From Convolutriloba macropyga (taxonomy: Eukaryota), in NCBI RefSeq assembly GCF_964194025.1, contig NC_134476.1:8928001-8992000 (forward strand): DNA of 64,000 nt, given 5' to 3'. The translations under genes and the position numbers were made by a program. Under the pieces are notes generated by a model that was not told the DNA's origin, did not search any database, and saw nothing but the letters and a program-made list of their open reading frames with translations. This document shows positions 1 to 12,063 of this stretch, in pieces (position 1 is the stretch's first letter; each line of letters starts with the position of its first letter).

Positions 1-66
1 GTTCTTGAACGACAGGCGAGGTAATTTAATTCATGGTCTTTAGTATAGATCAACTTTTCTTTATGG
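1..66 (-). CDS. Gene A exon 10 (runs off window edge): (S)HKEKLIYTKDHELNYLACRSR...
   Basis: Acceptor ttttttgcag| at 67-68; phase 2 matches the previous exon; frame open to the window edge. Confidence 0.65.
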
Positions 67-70
67 CTGC

Positions 71-135
71 AAAAAACCTCGACCCCACAGGGATTCGAAA
101 CACTGACCTCCCGATCCATGGCCAAAGTTCTTCCA
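71..135 (-). mobile_element. tRNA-derived SINE or pseudo-tRNA fragment
   Basis: Minus strand reads ...gatcgggaggtcagtgtTTCGAATCCctgtggggtcgaggtttttt: B-box-like motif plus T6 tract; no complete cloverleaf. Confidence 0.4.
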
Positions 136-204
136 GTTTCATATTTTTGTAGTACTCAACGAGCATTCACAAGTCATTTCAAGTACAGGTTACGCGATTA
201 TGGT

Positions 205-650
205 TGAAGTCCCTGAGAACTTCGGGTGTTTATCGAGAACTGCGAAGCGGTTCGAGATGTTCAGCCGGAATTTCGAAGTGACTTCTGAGTCATCTAACCT
301 TGCTTAAAACACTCACGTGCACATTTTAAAAAACCGAAAGTCTTCAGTGCCGGAAGTTCCTATTTAGCCAGAAGTTGACTTCCGGTGACTTTCGTCATTT
401 TAAAACGTGTGCGTTTCGTGTTTTAAGCATGGTTATGTAACTCAGCGGGTGTCACTTCCAAATTCTGACTTCATGTCGAACCGCTTTATGCCGAAAAGTT
501 CTTAGTGACTGAAGTCCAATACTAAAAACACGAAACGCGCGCTTTTTAAAAAGAGGAAAGCTTATGGACGTCAACTTCTGGCTAAGTATATATCGACTTC
601 TGGCACTGTCGACTTTCGGCATGTTCAACTGTGTACGTGGATGTTTTAAC
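205..650. mobile_element. Foldback/MITE-like element with nested inverted repeats; related copy at ~19600-19866
   Basis: gaagtccctgagaact...gcttaaaacac is inverted against gtgttttaagc...agttcttagtgact; 521-650 is an inverted copy of ~304-425; the same sequence recurs at 19600-19866. Confidence 0.7.
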
Positions 651-782
651 TATAATTCATACAGCGAACGTTGTCACTCTCTGTAACCCACTGGCCTTAT
701 TTAAATTAATTAATCACACGATACGTTGAAAGGCAGTAGTCTAATGTACACTTAGTAATGCTTCATTTAGTAGAGTGCTCAC

Positions 783-820
783 CTGTTTTCGCACGCATAT
801 TGATTAGTCAGCTGCTCGAC
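783..820 (-). CDS. Gene A exon 9: VEQLTNQYACEN(S)
   Basis: gttttcag| acceptor and |gtgagc donor; 38 nt, phase 0 to 2; the only open frame fits both neighbours. Confidence 0.75.
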
Positions 821-1739
821 CTGAAAACATTCATCTGTTCAGGCCCCAATTCCATGCAAATACGGTGGGGCGGGGGGGGGGGCAGATTCAAAATCCCTCA
901 AGCCCGATACTCCAAATAAAGTAAATAACTATCATTTTTGGGATCTTTTGCGTTTGTGCCCTCCCCGTACGTTATGCTCTCCCCAATTACAGAGCACGTG
1001 TGATTACATGGTAAATCATTATGTAAAAATATTAAAAATATAGCACGTGCTTCTGGGGGGGGGGGGGTGCAAATAATATGAACCCACTAATTAATAACTT
1101 TAAACCTGTTGATCAATTGATAAAATTGATTGTAACTCGTTTTAACCCAAAAGTCTTTGAAGAATAACCAACTCACAAAATATGAATAGTCAGCATAGGA
1201 ATTATTTCCTACCCTGAACAAATAATTTTTTTTCATTATTCATTATCATGTGTGAACCGTTTAATGCGTTTTTAATTACTCTTTTAGGTTGAAATTTTTA
1301 ACCAGTTCAAGAGTGAATAGGTCAGGCTTAATGAGGGTCGAACGGCCCAGTTACCAGTCCTTTCCGAGTATCAATTGTATTTACTTCTTGCTTAATGTCA
1401 GTATTTTGTATTATGATACAAAAGATAATTTAACTTCTTTTTGCATAATCACTTGCATAGCCCATATATCTATAAAAGTGTCAAAGTAAATTCTGGAGTG
1501 TCATAATCTTCAACCGCCGGGTAGGGGGTTTACTATCTATCTTAATTTCAGACGGACATTAAGCATAAGTAGAAACACAAACTATTATCTGTTACCCAAG
1601 AATTCATTAAGAACTTAACCAAAATGTCTGAACAAACTCGAGGAATTCCATAAACCTAACGTAGGTTCTAAAGCCGTACAGAACAGTTCACTTTTAACGC
1701 CATTTTTTAAAGAAAAAAGGATGATGAAAGGGTACATAC

Positions 1740-1812
1740 TTTGACATATTCGGCTAAAGACCACTTCAGGAAATTTTCATCAGCTTCTCTCATCATGTCT
1801 GCTGGTAACCCC
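1740..1812 (-). CDS. Gene A exon 8: (R)GLPADMMREADENFLKWSLAEYVK
   Basis: atttcag| acceptor and |gtatgt donor; 73 nt, phase 2 to 0. Confidence 0.8.
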
Positions 1813-2070
1813 CTGAAATTCTAACAGTTGTAAAACATTGCACGGGCAGTGCTATTTCATTCTCACTTCATTGCCCACCAACATAAATTTAATTTAAAGT
1901 GCGCATGTTAAGCATATATTGCATGGTGCAAAACTTCAAAATTTTATTTCATTTTTATTAAATTGCTTTGGAGGGCCGCAGATTGTAACCGTTTAAAGCC
2001 TCTCTGTTTTTAATGTTGGCCCATCGATTTCTTTTTCGCAGAGATACAAAAGTGGAATCATTAAAAAGTC

Positions 2071-2242
2071 GGATCTATTCTGATCTCTCCTCGCCCCTCC
2101 TCCAAGCTTAGTGCGCATATATCTTTTACCCTCCCCCGACGCACGCACTATTTTCTTACATAGAAACATGCTATATAATAGCACAATTTTTGTAACCCGG
2201 GACATAAAAAAAACACTACAGAGGCCGAAACAGAATAGATCT
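2071..2242. mobile_element. MITE with GGATCTATTCTG...CAGAATAGATC(C) terminal inverted repeats
   Basis: TIRs at both ends; close relative at 48777-48940; inverted relatives at ~2583-2738 and ~940-1080. Confidence 0.65.
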
Positions 2243-2582
2243 AAAAAGCCTTTGAAAAACAGTTGATCCTAGATAGAAGCAACATTTTCAGTTTTTTAGA
2301 TTCTCGAAAATAAATAGCGGTAAAAAAATTCTTTTTCAAACACTTGTCATTTTTAGCACTTTCTCACGATTCCGCTCAGATTAAAAAACCAAATTTTAAT
2401 CTGATTAATAATGGGGAAAACTTGAAGAATGTTTCAAATAACATCACACAGATTCAGCAAATATCAAACGTAAGGTAAAAAAAATCGAAAAGTTTTGAAG
2501 ACCCCACTTTTAAGTTATTAATTTAGAAACCTTATTTTCCTGACACGTTTTCAAACTCAACAGAAGTGGAGGTAGAGGCGTT

Positions 2583-2738
2583 GGGATCTTTTCCGCTTGT
2601 GCCCCCCCCCCCCCAAGTTTCAGAGCACGTGCCATTACATAGTAAACCATTATATAAAAGAAGTATGGCACGTGCGTCGGGGTGTGCAAATACGCACCCA
2701 CTAAGCTGGAGGGGGGGGGGCAGAGAAGGAAAAAATCC
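2583..2738. mobile_element. MITE relative (ggatcttttcc...ggaaaaaatcc) with poly-C/poly-G arms
   Basis: Terminal inverted repeats; internal sequence matches 940-1080 and is inverted relative to 2071-2242. Confidence 0.6.
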
Positions 2739-3390
2739 AGGTGTTGCAAATTATCACGGTTCGACATAGGGTTTTATTTTTCATCACAATTTAATTTTAA
2801 ACAAATGAATGAACGAAATTTTTTAAAACCGTACGTAGCCTTGAAAGGTACCTGTACCTTACTGTTACCAAATAGATAATCGAACCTTTTTTATTTCTGT
2901 GACCATAAAATTATCAGTATGGAGCAACACTTTAGGTGAAATTAAAAGTAAGGCTAAATATGACAAACTGTTTACCTATATCAGTCCTCAGAAAGCGTAT
3001 ACACTAATTACTAATTTATCTAATCAGTTAACTTCATTTTTCTTTTAAAATCACTATCTTCCCGTAGTCTGTTTAAATCTACATTTCACTCTACAAGTGA
3101 ATGCCACATTTGCATTTGTATTCCGAGACTGAAAATCAATGCAGAATCAATGCGGCTCTGATAATTAATGATCTGCTATTCAAACTTGCTATACTGAACG
3201 AAAAACGCTTTCAAATTCTTTTCATTTCGTTGTGTTTCTATTATATAATTTCCAAAAAATTAGAAGTTGAATTGAAGAAATGGTATGACTGATTAAAAAC
3301 ATGCAGGCTCAATTAATTGCAGCAGGACCTTTCTCAATTCTTTTTGAGAAATAAAAACCAAGAAGTAAGGAAAAAAATCAAGAAAAACTG

Positions 3391-3534
3391 TTTGTCGATT
3401 CGTATCGACCATGAACTTAACCAACACTTTAGTTTGAAAAACCAGAGCGGAGAAGTAGGTTAACTTTTACTTCTCCACTCCGGTATTTCAAATTAAGGTT
3501 AAGGTTAAATTAACGGTTGATACGAACCGACAAA
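3391..3534. repeat. ~145-bp imperfect palindrome (foldback MITE)
   Basis: Outer arms tttgtcgattcgtatcgacc / ggttgatacgaaccgacaaa; inner arms gagcggagaagta / tacttctccactc. Confidence 0.75.
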
Positions 3535-4714
3535 GAATTTTTCTGTGTAAATGAAATGAGCATTTGAGTGCTAACGTTCCGTTTACAAAAACTTCAGAAA
3601 ATTTGAGTTTACATTTGAGTTTCAGTAACTGAAACACAAATTCAGTAAAATTAATTTAAAAAGAGCATAAAAACACTGCCGCCAGACTTCCATAAAAAAC
3701 CCCGGCCCCCTTCGGGGATGAAACAGTTAGAAAAAATAGAGAAAAATTAAGTGTCAAAAGTGTTAAAATTTTCCGTAGCTTCATTAAATTTGATAAACAT
3801 GTTTAATTCAGCCTCTAAAAAGGAGAACAATCAGCTTAAAATACAAACCCACTAACATTGAACGAACTGTTCTCGAACGACTGCCGAGGCTAGAGAAAAT
3901 TTTATGGTACAAAAACTTGTACGGGTGACCTTTATGGTATTTTTATGGTACAAAAACTAAGAACGGGTGACCTTGACCACTACGCTAAATGGACTATGTA
4001 CTGTCTTCAATCATAATCGGTTTTCATTTAGCAACAGACTCAATATCCTTAATGCACGCAATTCAAAAAACCCCAAAAATCAAAAATCAAGCGTAAAAAA
4101 GTCAATCGAGAAGTCAAACGGAAACAAATGTATGGACGAAAACGATCAAGCGATAATTTTGAACAGCAATTTTTAAATTTTTTGTTTTTAAAATTCTAAA
4201 TGCTGCTTCCTAACTAATATAACTAATATCCTGAGACAACCCTTTTAATTTTTGTGCTCGATCACTGACTCACCGAATGCCTGTCAAAGACACCCTAAAC
4301 AACATTTGAAATATGCACAAAACAGAAACCTGAAAAAATACAAATTTTTTTAATTCATATTATAGTAACTGCACTGAAGATCCAATTTGAAGTGTCTCTT
4401 CTTAGTAACAATACCAATTAAACAGCTCTTGTTTAATTAATGGACAGAAAATACTGCAAAAAGCTCAAGCTCGACTACTGAAAAGTTGCACAAAAATGCT
4501 GAAAAGGGTTCTATAGGGCAAATAGGGCAAAATGGTAGAAAATACAAAAAGACCGCGAGATGAAAAGAATTCCCACAAAAGGGCAGCGTCGCGGGTGTGT
4601 GTGGGGGGTCAAACCTTTTGTATTACGGGTGGAATGAGGTGGAGGGTTGAGGCGTGGAGGTAAGCTGAGGGGGGGGGGGGGTGGGTGAATTGAGGGGGTC
4701 AAACTCTTAAAAAC

Positions 4715-4946
4715 TACCCTTCACACCATGAACTTATGTCTCCTAAACAGGTTCGGTGCATCGCATACTTAGTGACTAGTAAGCTGTAAGGCTCTAAGAG
4801 GACTCAAAGCCCTCTGAGCGCGACCTGTTTATACCGTTTTTGAGGACAAAAAGTCAAAAGCGTCAGACGCAAACTGGCAAAGCGAAAAAGAGCATAAAAA
4901 GACCACGGGACTAATAGAATTGCTACAAACATTGTTTGAGAGCAAT
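4715..4946. repeat. Dispersed repeat family D (also ~5270-5400, 24900-25132, 43835-44034)
   Basis: Shared ccttcacaccatga...gagctgaaaggctctaag...aattgctacaaac(a/t)t..tttgagagcaa; three copies are preceded by G-rich tracts. Confidence 0.7.
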
Positions 4947-5442
4947 TAATAATGTCGGATGAAATGCTCCCAAACAACAGGCAAGGAGTTCGCTTTCATA
5001 ATTGCTAGCTTAAACTCAGGGCGCCTATCTTCACCGGGCAAAGGCGACAAGGGACCTTCGACTCTCAAATAAAATTGAAAGCTGAAGGTGCGGAGGAAGA
5101 GGAGGGGGGGGGGGGGGGGGGACCAGGGTGAAGGAGGGTGCATACGTGGGGAGCGGGTACTTAAGTTTCATTGTCATTTACACTATAAATTTACGCCTAT
5201 ACAGCAGAGATCGAGTGGGATAGTTGAAGCAGCGAGGAGTTCGTAAGTGGGGAGGGGGTCCAATCTCAAAAGAATTGCACTTCACACCATCAGTTTATGA
5301 CTCCTCAGCAGTTTCGGTGAACCGCTTACTTAGAGACGAAGTATGCACATACTTAGCGCTCTGAGAAAATTGCTGAGCAATTTGATGTCCTCGGGCTGTA
5401 ACAAATTATCCCGTTTCGAGAAGTCAAGATGAGAAGTCACGA

Positions 5443-8400
5443 AATGTATACTGAACGTCAGAATAAGTTGACACCCTCCTTCGTTTACGAAGTGAAAATT
5501 CAACTTTTGACGTAATGTTACTCCATCTTGCAATAGATTTCAGGAAAAACACTCACACCATTGATCCCTGTAGCTGCTGGTCTTGCCTACTTATAAAATT
5601 CAGATATCACGTAACGGTAGCTTATCAAATACGCCAATGTAAAATTGACAAACTTATTCCAAGTTTTATTCTTAAAAGAAAGCTCAAATATTTTACGTAT
5701 GCTCAACTATGATTTAGTTTGCATTTGCGTTAAACATTATAGGGGAAAAATGTGAACAAAATAGTGTGATTTTGTGACAACTTCTTTTTCTTGTGCGACT
5801 TGGATGAATTTCACCAACTTTATATGATATAAAGTTGGTGAAATTCATCAAGTTTCACAAGAAACATAGCCGGCAGATTGCCGGAATAGCTGCGAAAGAA
5901 TAGACCTGCGTGCCATATAATAGAGATAGAAACAGATACAAATCTAAATTTAAAAAAAAAATCGACGCCGCTCAAAAAACTAGGTAAAAAACATTCAGCG
6001 ATAAATTAATAAAGCTTGTTAAAATTCATTCCGCAGAAGCCTCTTATTAGGGACCTTTACTGCACAAATGAGTTCCTTTGACCATAAATAAATTCAAACT
6101 AAACTTAAGTTTTAAAGTGCAAAAGTCGTTTTATTGAGTGAGGTAAGTCACGTACGATCAAAATCTAATCATGCAAATAACCTAAAAACTTTTGCTAAAG
6201 CGAGTGAGAAATGACGTCACGCACGCAAATGCCGTTAGTGAGAGGAAGAAGTCATTCAGAAAATTTGACTTTTTTTAGCTTTGCTGTGTGAATAAATGTA
6301 AAACGAAAAAACAGCGTCAGACGACGAAACAAAAAAACATAGCAGGACAAGTCCTGACGTACAATTCAAAGAATTTTCATTGACTAAAAAAATAGACATA
6401 AAACGGACTATGAATAGATTGGAAAAACCATTTAAAAAAAATCCGATCCAAAAAATCGAAAAAACAGTAAAAATCAAAGTGAAATTGCCGCATGTGAACA
6501 AAAAACCACTAGCGAGAAAGCGAATTTTTGTTCAAACACCGTTTTCTCACTCTACTTTAAATTTAGAGCGAAAAAATTTCACGCCGCAAAACCACTCGCT
6601 TTTTCGCTCCATTTCCTGTTTCGGCGTGACCAAAATCACTACTCCAATTTGACTTCAAAAATCATGAAAATGTGTGAACAGATCTTAAAAAAAAAAGACA
6701 GCGCCCCAATACAATTCAAATTCTTTGAATTGTAAAACATATCCGGAAGAATTCCGGAAGCGACTCGAAGCACCAAAACTTCACTAACAAAACCGTAATT
6801 GCAGCTGAAGCCATTACCTTCTGTATTAAACCATTAACTCTTTACCTCCGCTGGTCTGATCTAAAAATCGGTGAAATTTAAACCACTGTCACCAAGAGAA
6901 AGAAAATGCAGCAAAATTTTATTATTGAAAACGTTTGGTTAACGTTAAAAAAGTCTGAAATATTTAGGATGGTCAAAAACTAATAGCCTGACAAAGCTGA
7001 CAGGGCCATCAAATGCCCTCAGATAATTAATGATTCTGATCTCAAAAAGATCGCGAAAGCAAACGGCAGATAAAAACTTTTCAAAAAAGACAGGAAAGTC
7101 AAAATTATTCAAAAAAGAGTGCTCAAACTTACGAATCAGAGAACCACTACAATTAGATTTCTAATCACGGCAATTAAGACAAAAATAATACATGATTCTT
7201 CCTTGTTGTATATATGCTAGACAACAAGATTTCATACTAATTCAAAAATTAAATTAATCATAGAAAAACAAAAGCATTAGAATAATATTCAAAGGCAAAC
7301 AATCGTCTAAAAACAATACCCAGCCCGGAATAAAATTGCGATGAATAGTAATAAGTCAAAATGTTGGAAAAGACTTTCTAGCAAACTCCCAGTACTGCCT
7401 TATTTTGAATGAAATCAATTGCAAACCGAAGAAACCAAGATCTAAGAAAAAGCTGAATTCATTCAATTTTTTAACAACTGAAAAAATCAATATAACGAAA
7501 ACAAAAGTAGGTGCCAGGACAAAACTAGAATGATACAAACGAGAATGTGAAGATTATGGACACAATGTTAGGAACACCGTAACAAAAAGACCAATTCTTG
7601 ATTTTTGAAAGTTAAAAATCAAATTTAAAAAAATCAAGAAAAACGAGTGCATTTCATTGATTAGCATTCGAGACATAGAAAAGACAACGAGTCATTCGAG
7701 ACAAAAATCCAGCTTGCTGAACAGAATAAAACAAGAAAAAGCAGAATTCAGACATGAGAAACAATAAAACATTTTGCAAAAAAGTCGTCAAAAATATTTA
7801 AGACTGCATTTATGAAAAAAATTTATCTGTTTTTTCAAAAACTTAACACCAAAAAATGATTGAATTTTTATTGAAACGAAATTAAAGTCCCTCATCTTCC
7901 CCAAAATACTATTTCTAGTAATTAAATGCAAAATACAAACAAAAAACTGAAAAAAAAATTGCAAAAAACTACGAAAATCGGATAAGCAAATGTAAAATTT
8001 TATGAAACAAAATTACATCGAGGTAGAAAGAGGCATTGAGTATATGAATTATCAAAGGGAAGTTGCCATATTAACTGATTTTTGACAAAAAACAGCTAAA
8101 AGATCCAAAAATGAAGAAATTAATAGAAAAAAAGCCAAAAATTAACTAAAAAATCAAGAAATATGTGCCAATTTCGCATTTGAAACGCAATTTCAGGCTA
8201 TGCAAAATACTGTGCTAGCAATTTCCCGGGTTTACATTTCAACATAGCATCGATTAAAAATTATTTCTACAAAAAACCAAATTACAAGCAAAAAAACTAG
8301 GCCACTTAGACGAAAAAACGGCTGAAAACGGTTATCTATATGTGCCATTCAGTCAAAAACTACTTTTCAATGTCAAAAAGTCATTCACTAAACGCAGCGC

Positions 8401-8820
8401 ATGATCAAAAAACTTCTCTCGCTCAGAAAAAATTAGTTCACACTGCAATTTTACTCGCTTTCGCTTTTAGGTCAAAACATCGTCTGAACGAATAGTACTT
8501 CCGGTAAAAAAAAAAACCTTAAGAAAACCAATACTCCTCTTCGAGTCGTAAAAAACCAAGAGCACCGCAATATAGCTTCGCTCAGCTTACAGCTTCGCAG
8601 CTATAAAAAGAAGTTGTCACAAATCACACTATTTTATTCACATTGTTTCCTCGATTGCCGTTACGTATCATTAGAAATTCTTAAGTAAGCAAGACCTCTA
8701 GCCAAGCGGTGTAAAAATTGTTTCCGAAATTTGACAAGATTGGGTAATATTGCGTCACAAATTGAACTTTTACTTTGTAAAACTATGGGTTGCTAACTTA
8801 TTTTTGACGCTCAGTATATT
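5443..8820. mobile_element. Large foldback element centred at 5826, right arm interrupted by a HINE insertion
   Basis: Perfect core atgaatttcaccaactttatat-g-atataaagttggtgaaattcat; the right arm resumes at 8605 (aaaagaagttgtcacaaatcacactatt); 8655-8820 is the reverse complement of ~5443-5620. Confidence 0.8.
5865..8604 (-). mobile_element. DINE-1/HINE-like (Helentron-type) non-autonomous element, family A
   Basis: Minus strand 5' tt-atagctgcgaag (subTIR plus partial IR) ... 3' ttcgcagctat (subTIR) + ccggca-atc-tgccgg stem-loop + ctatgttt; inserted in a T run with no TSD. Confidence 0.75.
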
Positions 8821-9191
8821 ACTCGGACGAAGAAACAGTCAGAATAAAACAGAAAATGCTTAGAGAAAAACAAAAAACTCTAGAAATGTTAAGATTCAAT
8901 TCTTCCAAAAGAGAGCGAAAAAACTGAACATTTCTTTTGAAAGGTTGATTAATTCAGTTTCTCATATCTCTTTTACGATAAACTTTTCATTTTTCCCATA
9001 AAACACATTCACCAGCGAAGATGGACAGAAAAGGTCAGGATCGTACTAAGAGGTTCCCTACAGCCATTTCCTGGAAAGCTCGAACACGATTAATGCCGAC
9101 AGTGATACCATGGACTGTGCATTAAGAGCTCCGTGAAAAATTTACTACATTTCACTGCTCAAAAGTCATTTTGACTGTTCAAAAAACTTAC

Positions 9192-9343
9192 CTAAAAGTA
9201 AGTTTAAGAAGAGGCAGGTTGTTTTGAAAGTGCTTTCCCACTGTATCCCACCAGAATTTGGTCACTTTCTTGTCCTCAATTGGCCATATACGCTCTGGCT
9301 CAAATAACACACCTTTCAGTCCGAGCAGATATTTTCGCGTTCT
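9192..9343 (-). CDS. Gene A exon 7: RTRKYLLGLKGVLFEPERIWPIEDKKVTKFWWDTVGKHFQNNLPLLKLTF(R)
   Basis: cttgtttag| acceptor and |gtaagt donor; 152 nt, phase 0 to 2, open frame. Confidence 0.85.
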
Positions 9344-9559
9344 CTAAACAAGTCGTTATTCGCAGCAATTCAACGATTTCAAGATCAAAAGTTCACAAGA
9401 AAATTCACATAAAGATTTATGCACGAGTAAACAAAGCACCTTACATGGACCCTGATAAAGTTTAAAAAGTAGATCTCGTTCTTTTCGTTACTTTTAAAAA
9501 GTAAAAAGAAACGAAAAGAATTGCTAATTTGCTTTGACTGCGCGAAAAGTAAGTGCGTA

Positions 9560-10700
9560 CCACTAAAAAACCTTTTACAAGGATCAGTCTCATACGATCT
9601 ATTCGGTAAACGAAAAATAGCCAGGTAAAACTTGGTCCAGAAGAGTCAAATCCTCAGAAAATCACGCCAATGAATAAAGCATAGCACGGCCAATCTTGAA
9701 TGAGTCATAAATCACCTTTTACCAGCTATGATGGTCATAAGCGGAATCATAGAACAAATGAAGGCAAGATTCACAAATTCACTTTGACCTTTTGAAAACA
9801 AACAATACAGTGTCTCATTCAGTAGCAACGTTTGCTAAAAGTTGGAGCCAAAAATTGAATAAAATTAAGTCCCACTGGGAGGTCAATCAGAACGGTTATT
9901 TCTTAAAATAAACAATAAGACCACAAAAACAACCAATATGACCAAAATCTCAAAATTTTGCCAGTACTTTTTGACACGATTATTTTGATAAGATCCCCAT
10001 TAGCGACCGAAGAGACTTGTTAATAGTAAGACTGAGAGATCAGACAGCGATAAGTACAACAAATACTAACAAAACTCAATTAGATAATATTTTCTGACAA
10101 TGAATAGCGTATACATCATAAACAGCATTAGCTATGAATTGAAACGATTAACTTGATTAACTAAAGCCTACTCAGTTACTGACGAGACGTGTCATTTATG
10201 GACAGAGATAAGACAAAAAAGTGAACAACAAATAGCAAATATAAAAATCAGACAAAAAATCTTGATCAAAATTAGCGTGAAAGACATAGAAAACGTTAGG
10301 TTGGAAACAATAACTCAATCCCCATTAAGAACCAATTACACCTGTCCTTAAAAAGAACAAATGCAACAGGAGACAATAAAAATTGCAATAGATATTCGCA
10401 GACTAAAACATATTTAAAATTTTTGAACACAAATAGTGTCAAAGTCATGATAACTATTATCTATGAGCCGGAACCAATGCCTCAATACTAAAGAACTATC
10501 AAAAAACATAGTAATTGATAAATCAACAAAATCAACAAAAAACGGGCAAAATTTCACATATATTTCACATGCATTATATTAATAGTAGTCAAGAAATTTA
10601 CGCAAAACAGATTTGACGCACGCGAAAAAAAACTATGAATAACCATAAATTTGTTCCAGCACCAATTTAATGTTCCAGCACCAAATTACGCATTCCAATT
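9560..10700 (+). mobile_element. Possible heavily decayed Ty3/gypsy pol remnant
   Basis: Around 10315-10410 reads like SP.(R)..P.LKK....IKIAIDIRRL, resembling the gypsy RT N-terminal SPW...KK...R..IDYR.LN; many stops and frameshifts. Confidence 0.3.
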
Positions 10701-10789
10701 TAATGGCAGTGTGAAAAAAACAATCACGCTTCAAATCTACTGTATTTTTTGATCCATTTAGTATCCAGTGTAACGAGTAACTAAAATCA

Positions 10790-11423
10790 ATGCTCTTATT
10801 TCACTTCTGATTTGTGTGAAAAAAATGTACACCAACAAAAAGAGCAATACAATTCAAATCCGTTGGAAGGTGAAAAAACTTTTCCAATAAGAGTGAACAA
10901 TTACGTCACGCCCACAATTCAATCGAAATTGCATGAATAACTAAACAAAAAGCAGAAGTGATTGCGACGTTATATGGTCATAAAAAATATTGACGACAAA
11001 AAAACTTGCAGGACAAGGCCTGACTTACAATTCAAAGCATTTTCATTGAGTAAACAGACAACCAGGCTTAGAAATGGCTATTATCGGATTTAACAAACTA
11101 TTTTGAGAACAAAACGATCAAAAAATTGAAAACAGTGATAGAAATCAAATGAAATTGTCATATGTGAACAAAAAAACACAACCGAGAAAGTGAATTTTTG
11201 TTCAAACACAGATGTCTCACTCTAAAACTCGATTCGATTTCGAAAACAACTATCTTTATTGCTCCACTTCCTGTTTCAGCGTGACCAAATTCACTTCTCC
11301 AATTTGACTTCAACAATCAAGAAAACGTGTGCACAGTTTTTAAAAAACTGCGCCCCAATACATTAATAGTATAAAAACCAAGAGAAGAAAAATAAGAACC
11401 CCAGCTAACGCCTTGCGGCTATT
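10790..11423 (-). mobile_element. HINE family B partial copy (5' end retained)
   Basis: Shares internal modules with 6170-6730 and 38020-38226; ends in cagctaacgccttgcggctatt. Confidence 0.6.
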
Positions 11424-11465
11424 GATAATGTTGCAAATGTTCTCCTTAAAAAAAATGCAACTCAC

Positions 11466-11532
11466 CAGAAAAACAAAATTGAGCACAGTACGTGATTCCA
11501 AATCTCTGTACAAGTAACCATCTAGTTGATCT
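11466..11532 (-). CDS. Gene A exon 6: (I)DQLDGYLYRDLESRTVLNFVFL
   Basis: ttctgtttcag| acceptor and |gtgagt donor; 67 nt, phase 2 to 0. Confidence 0.85.
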
Positions 11533-11977
11533 CTGAAACAGAAAATAAAGAATTCAACAAAAAATTATAATAATAAATAATAATCGAATGACATTAATTT
11601 TACTGCTGTAAAAGATTATTGATTATAGCTTTTGATTGCAGCAGTACTATTTTCCTCTGGAATTCAAAATCAGGTTAAAATTTAGAACTTCGATGTCGGT
11701 GTTGAAACCTGCTAACAAGCTGTAAACAATTGCAAACATCCGATGTTTAACAGCGTTTGCTCATATTTTCGGCAAAATTCACATCTCAGAAAATTATAAC
11801 CAATTGAAAAAATTTTGCTTAAGTTGAATCCTCTTATCCAGGTCCCCAGGAAACTCGAAATTTGTAAGCCAAATAACATCCTCAGAAATTTCATTTTAGT
11901 TGAGAAACTCAGTCAGCACATATCTCAAATTGGAACAAAATTGATTATGATCAATAAAGAAAAGACGAGTTACTTAC

Positions 11978-12063
11978 ATTTGGCCTGGGATGTCTTCCAT
12001 TATAGCCATTGGACCATAGGTCTTGGGTTTTCCTTTCAACCCTTTCATTGCTTGAATGTACTC
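11978..12063 (-). CDS. Gene A exon 5: EYIQAMKGLKGKPKTYGPMAIMEDIPGQ(I)
   Basis: ttgttttctag| acceptor and |gtaagt donor; 86 nt, phase 0 to 2. Confidence 0.85.

Noticed and set aside
1-1489. Plus-strand exon pair (donor gag|gtaatt at 20, acceptor at ~1287, ORF 1289..1489)
   Set aside because: Positions 1-66 are better explained as a minus-strand exon of gene A, and the plus-strand peptide has no recognisable features.
3098-3148. Possible terminal exon LGIQMQMWHSLVE* for gene A
   Set aside because: Phase-compatible, but three further in-frame exons continue downstream; at most an alternative end.
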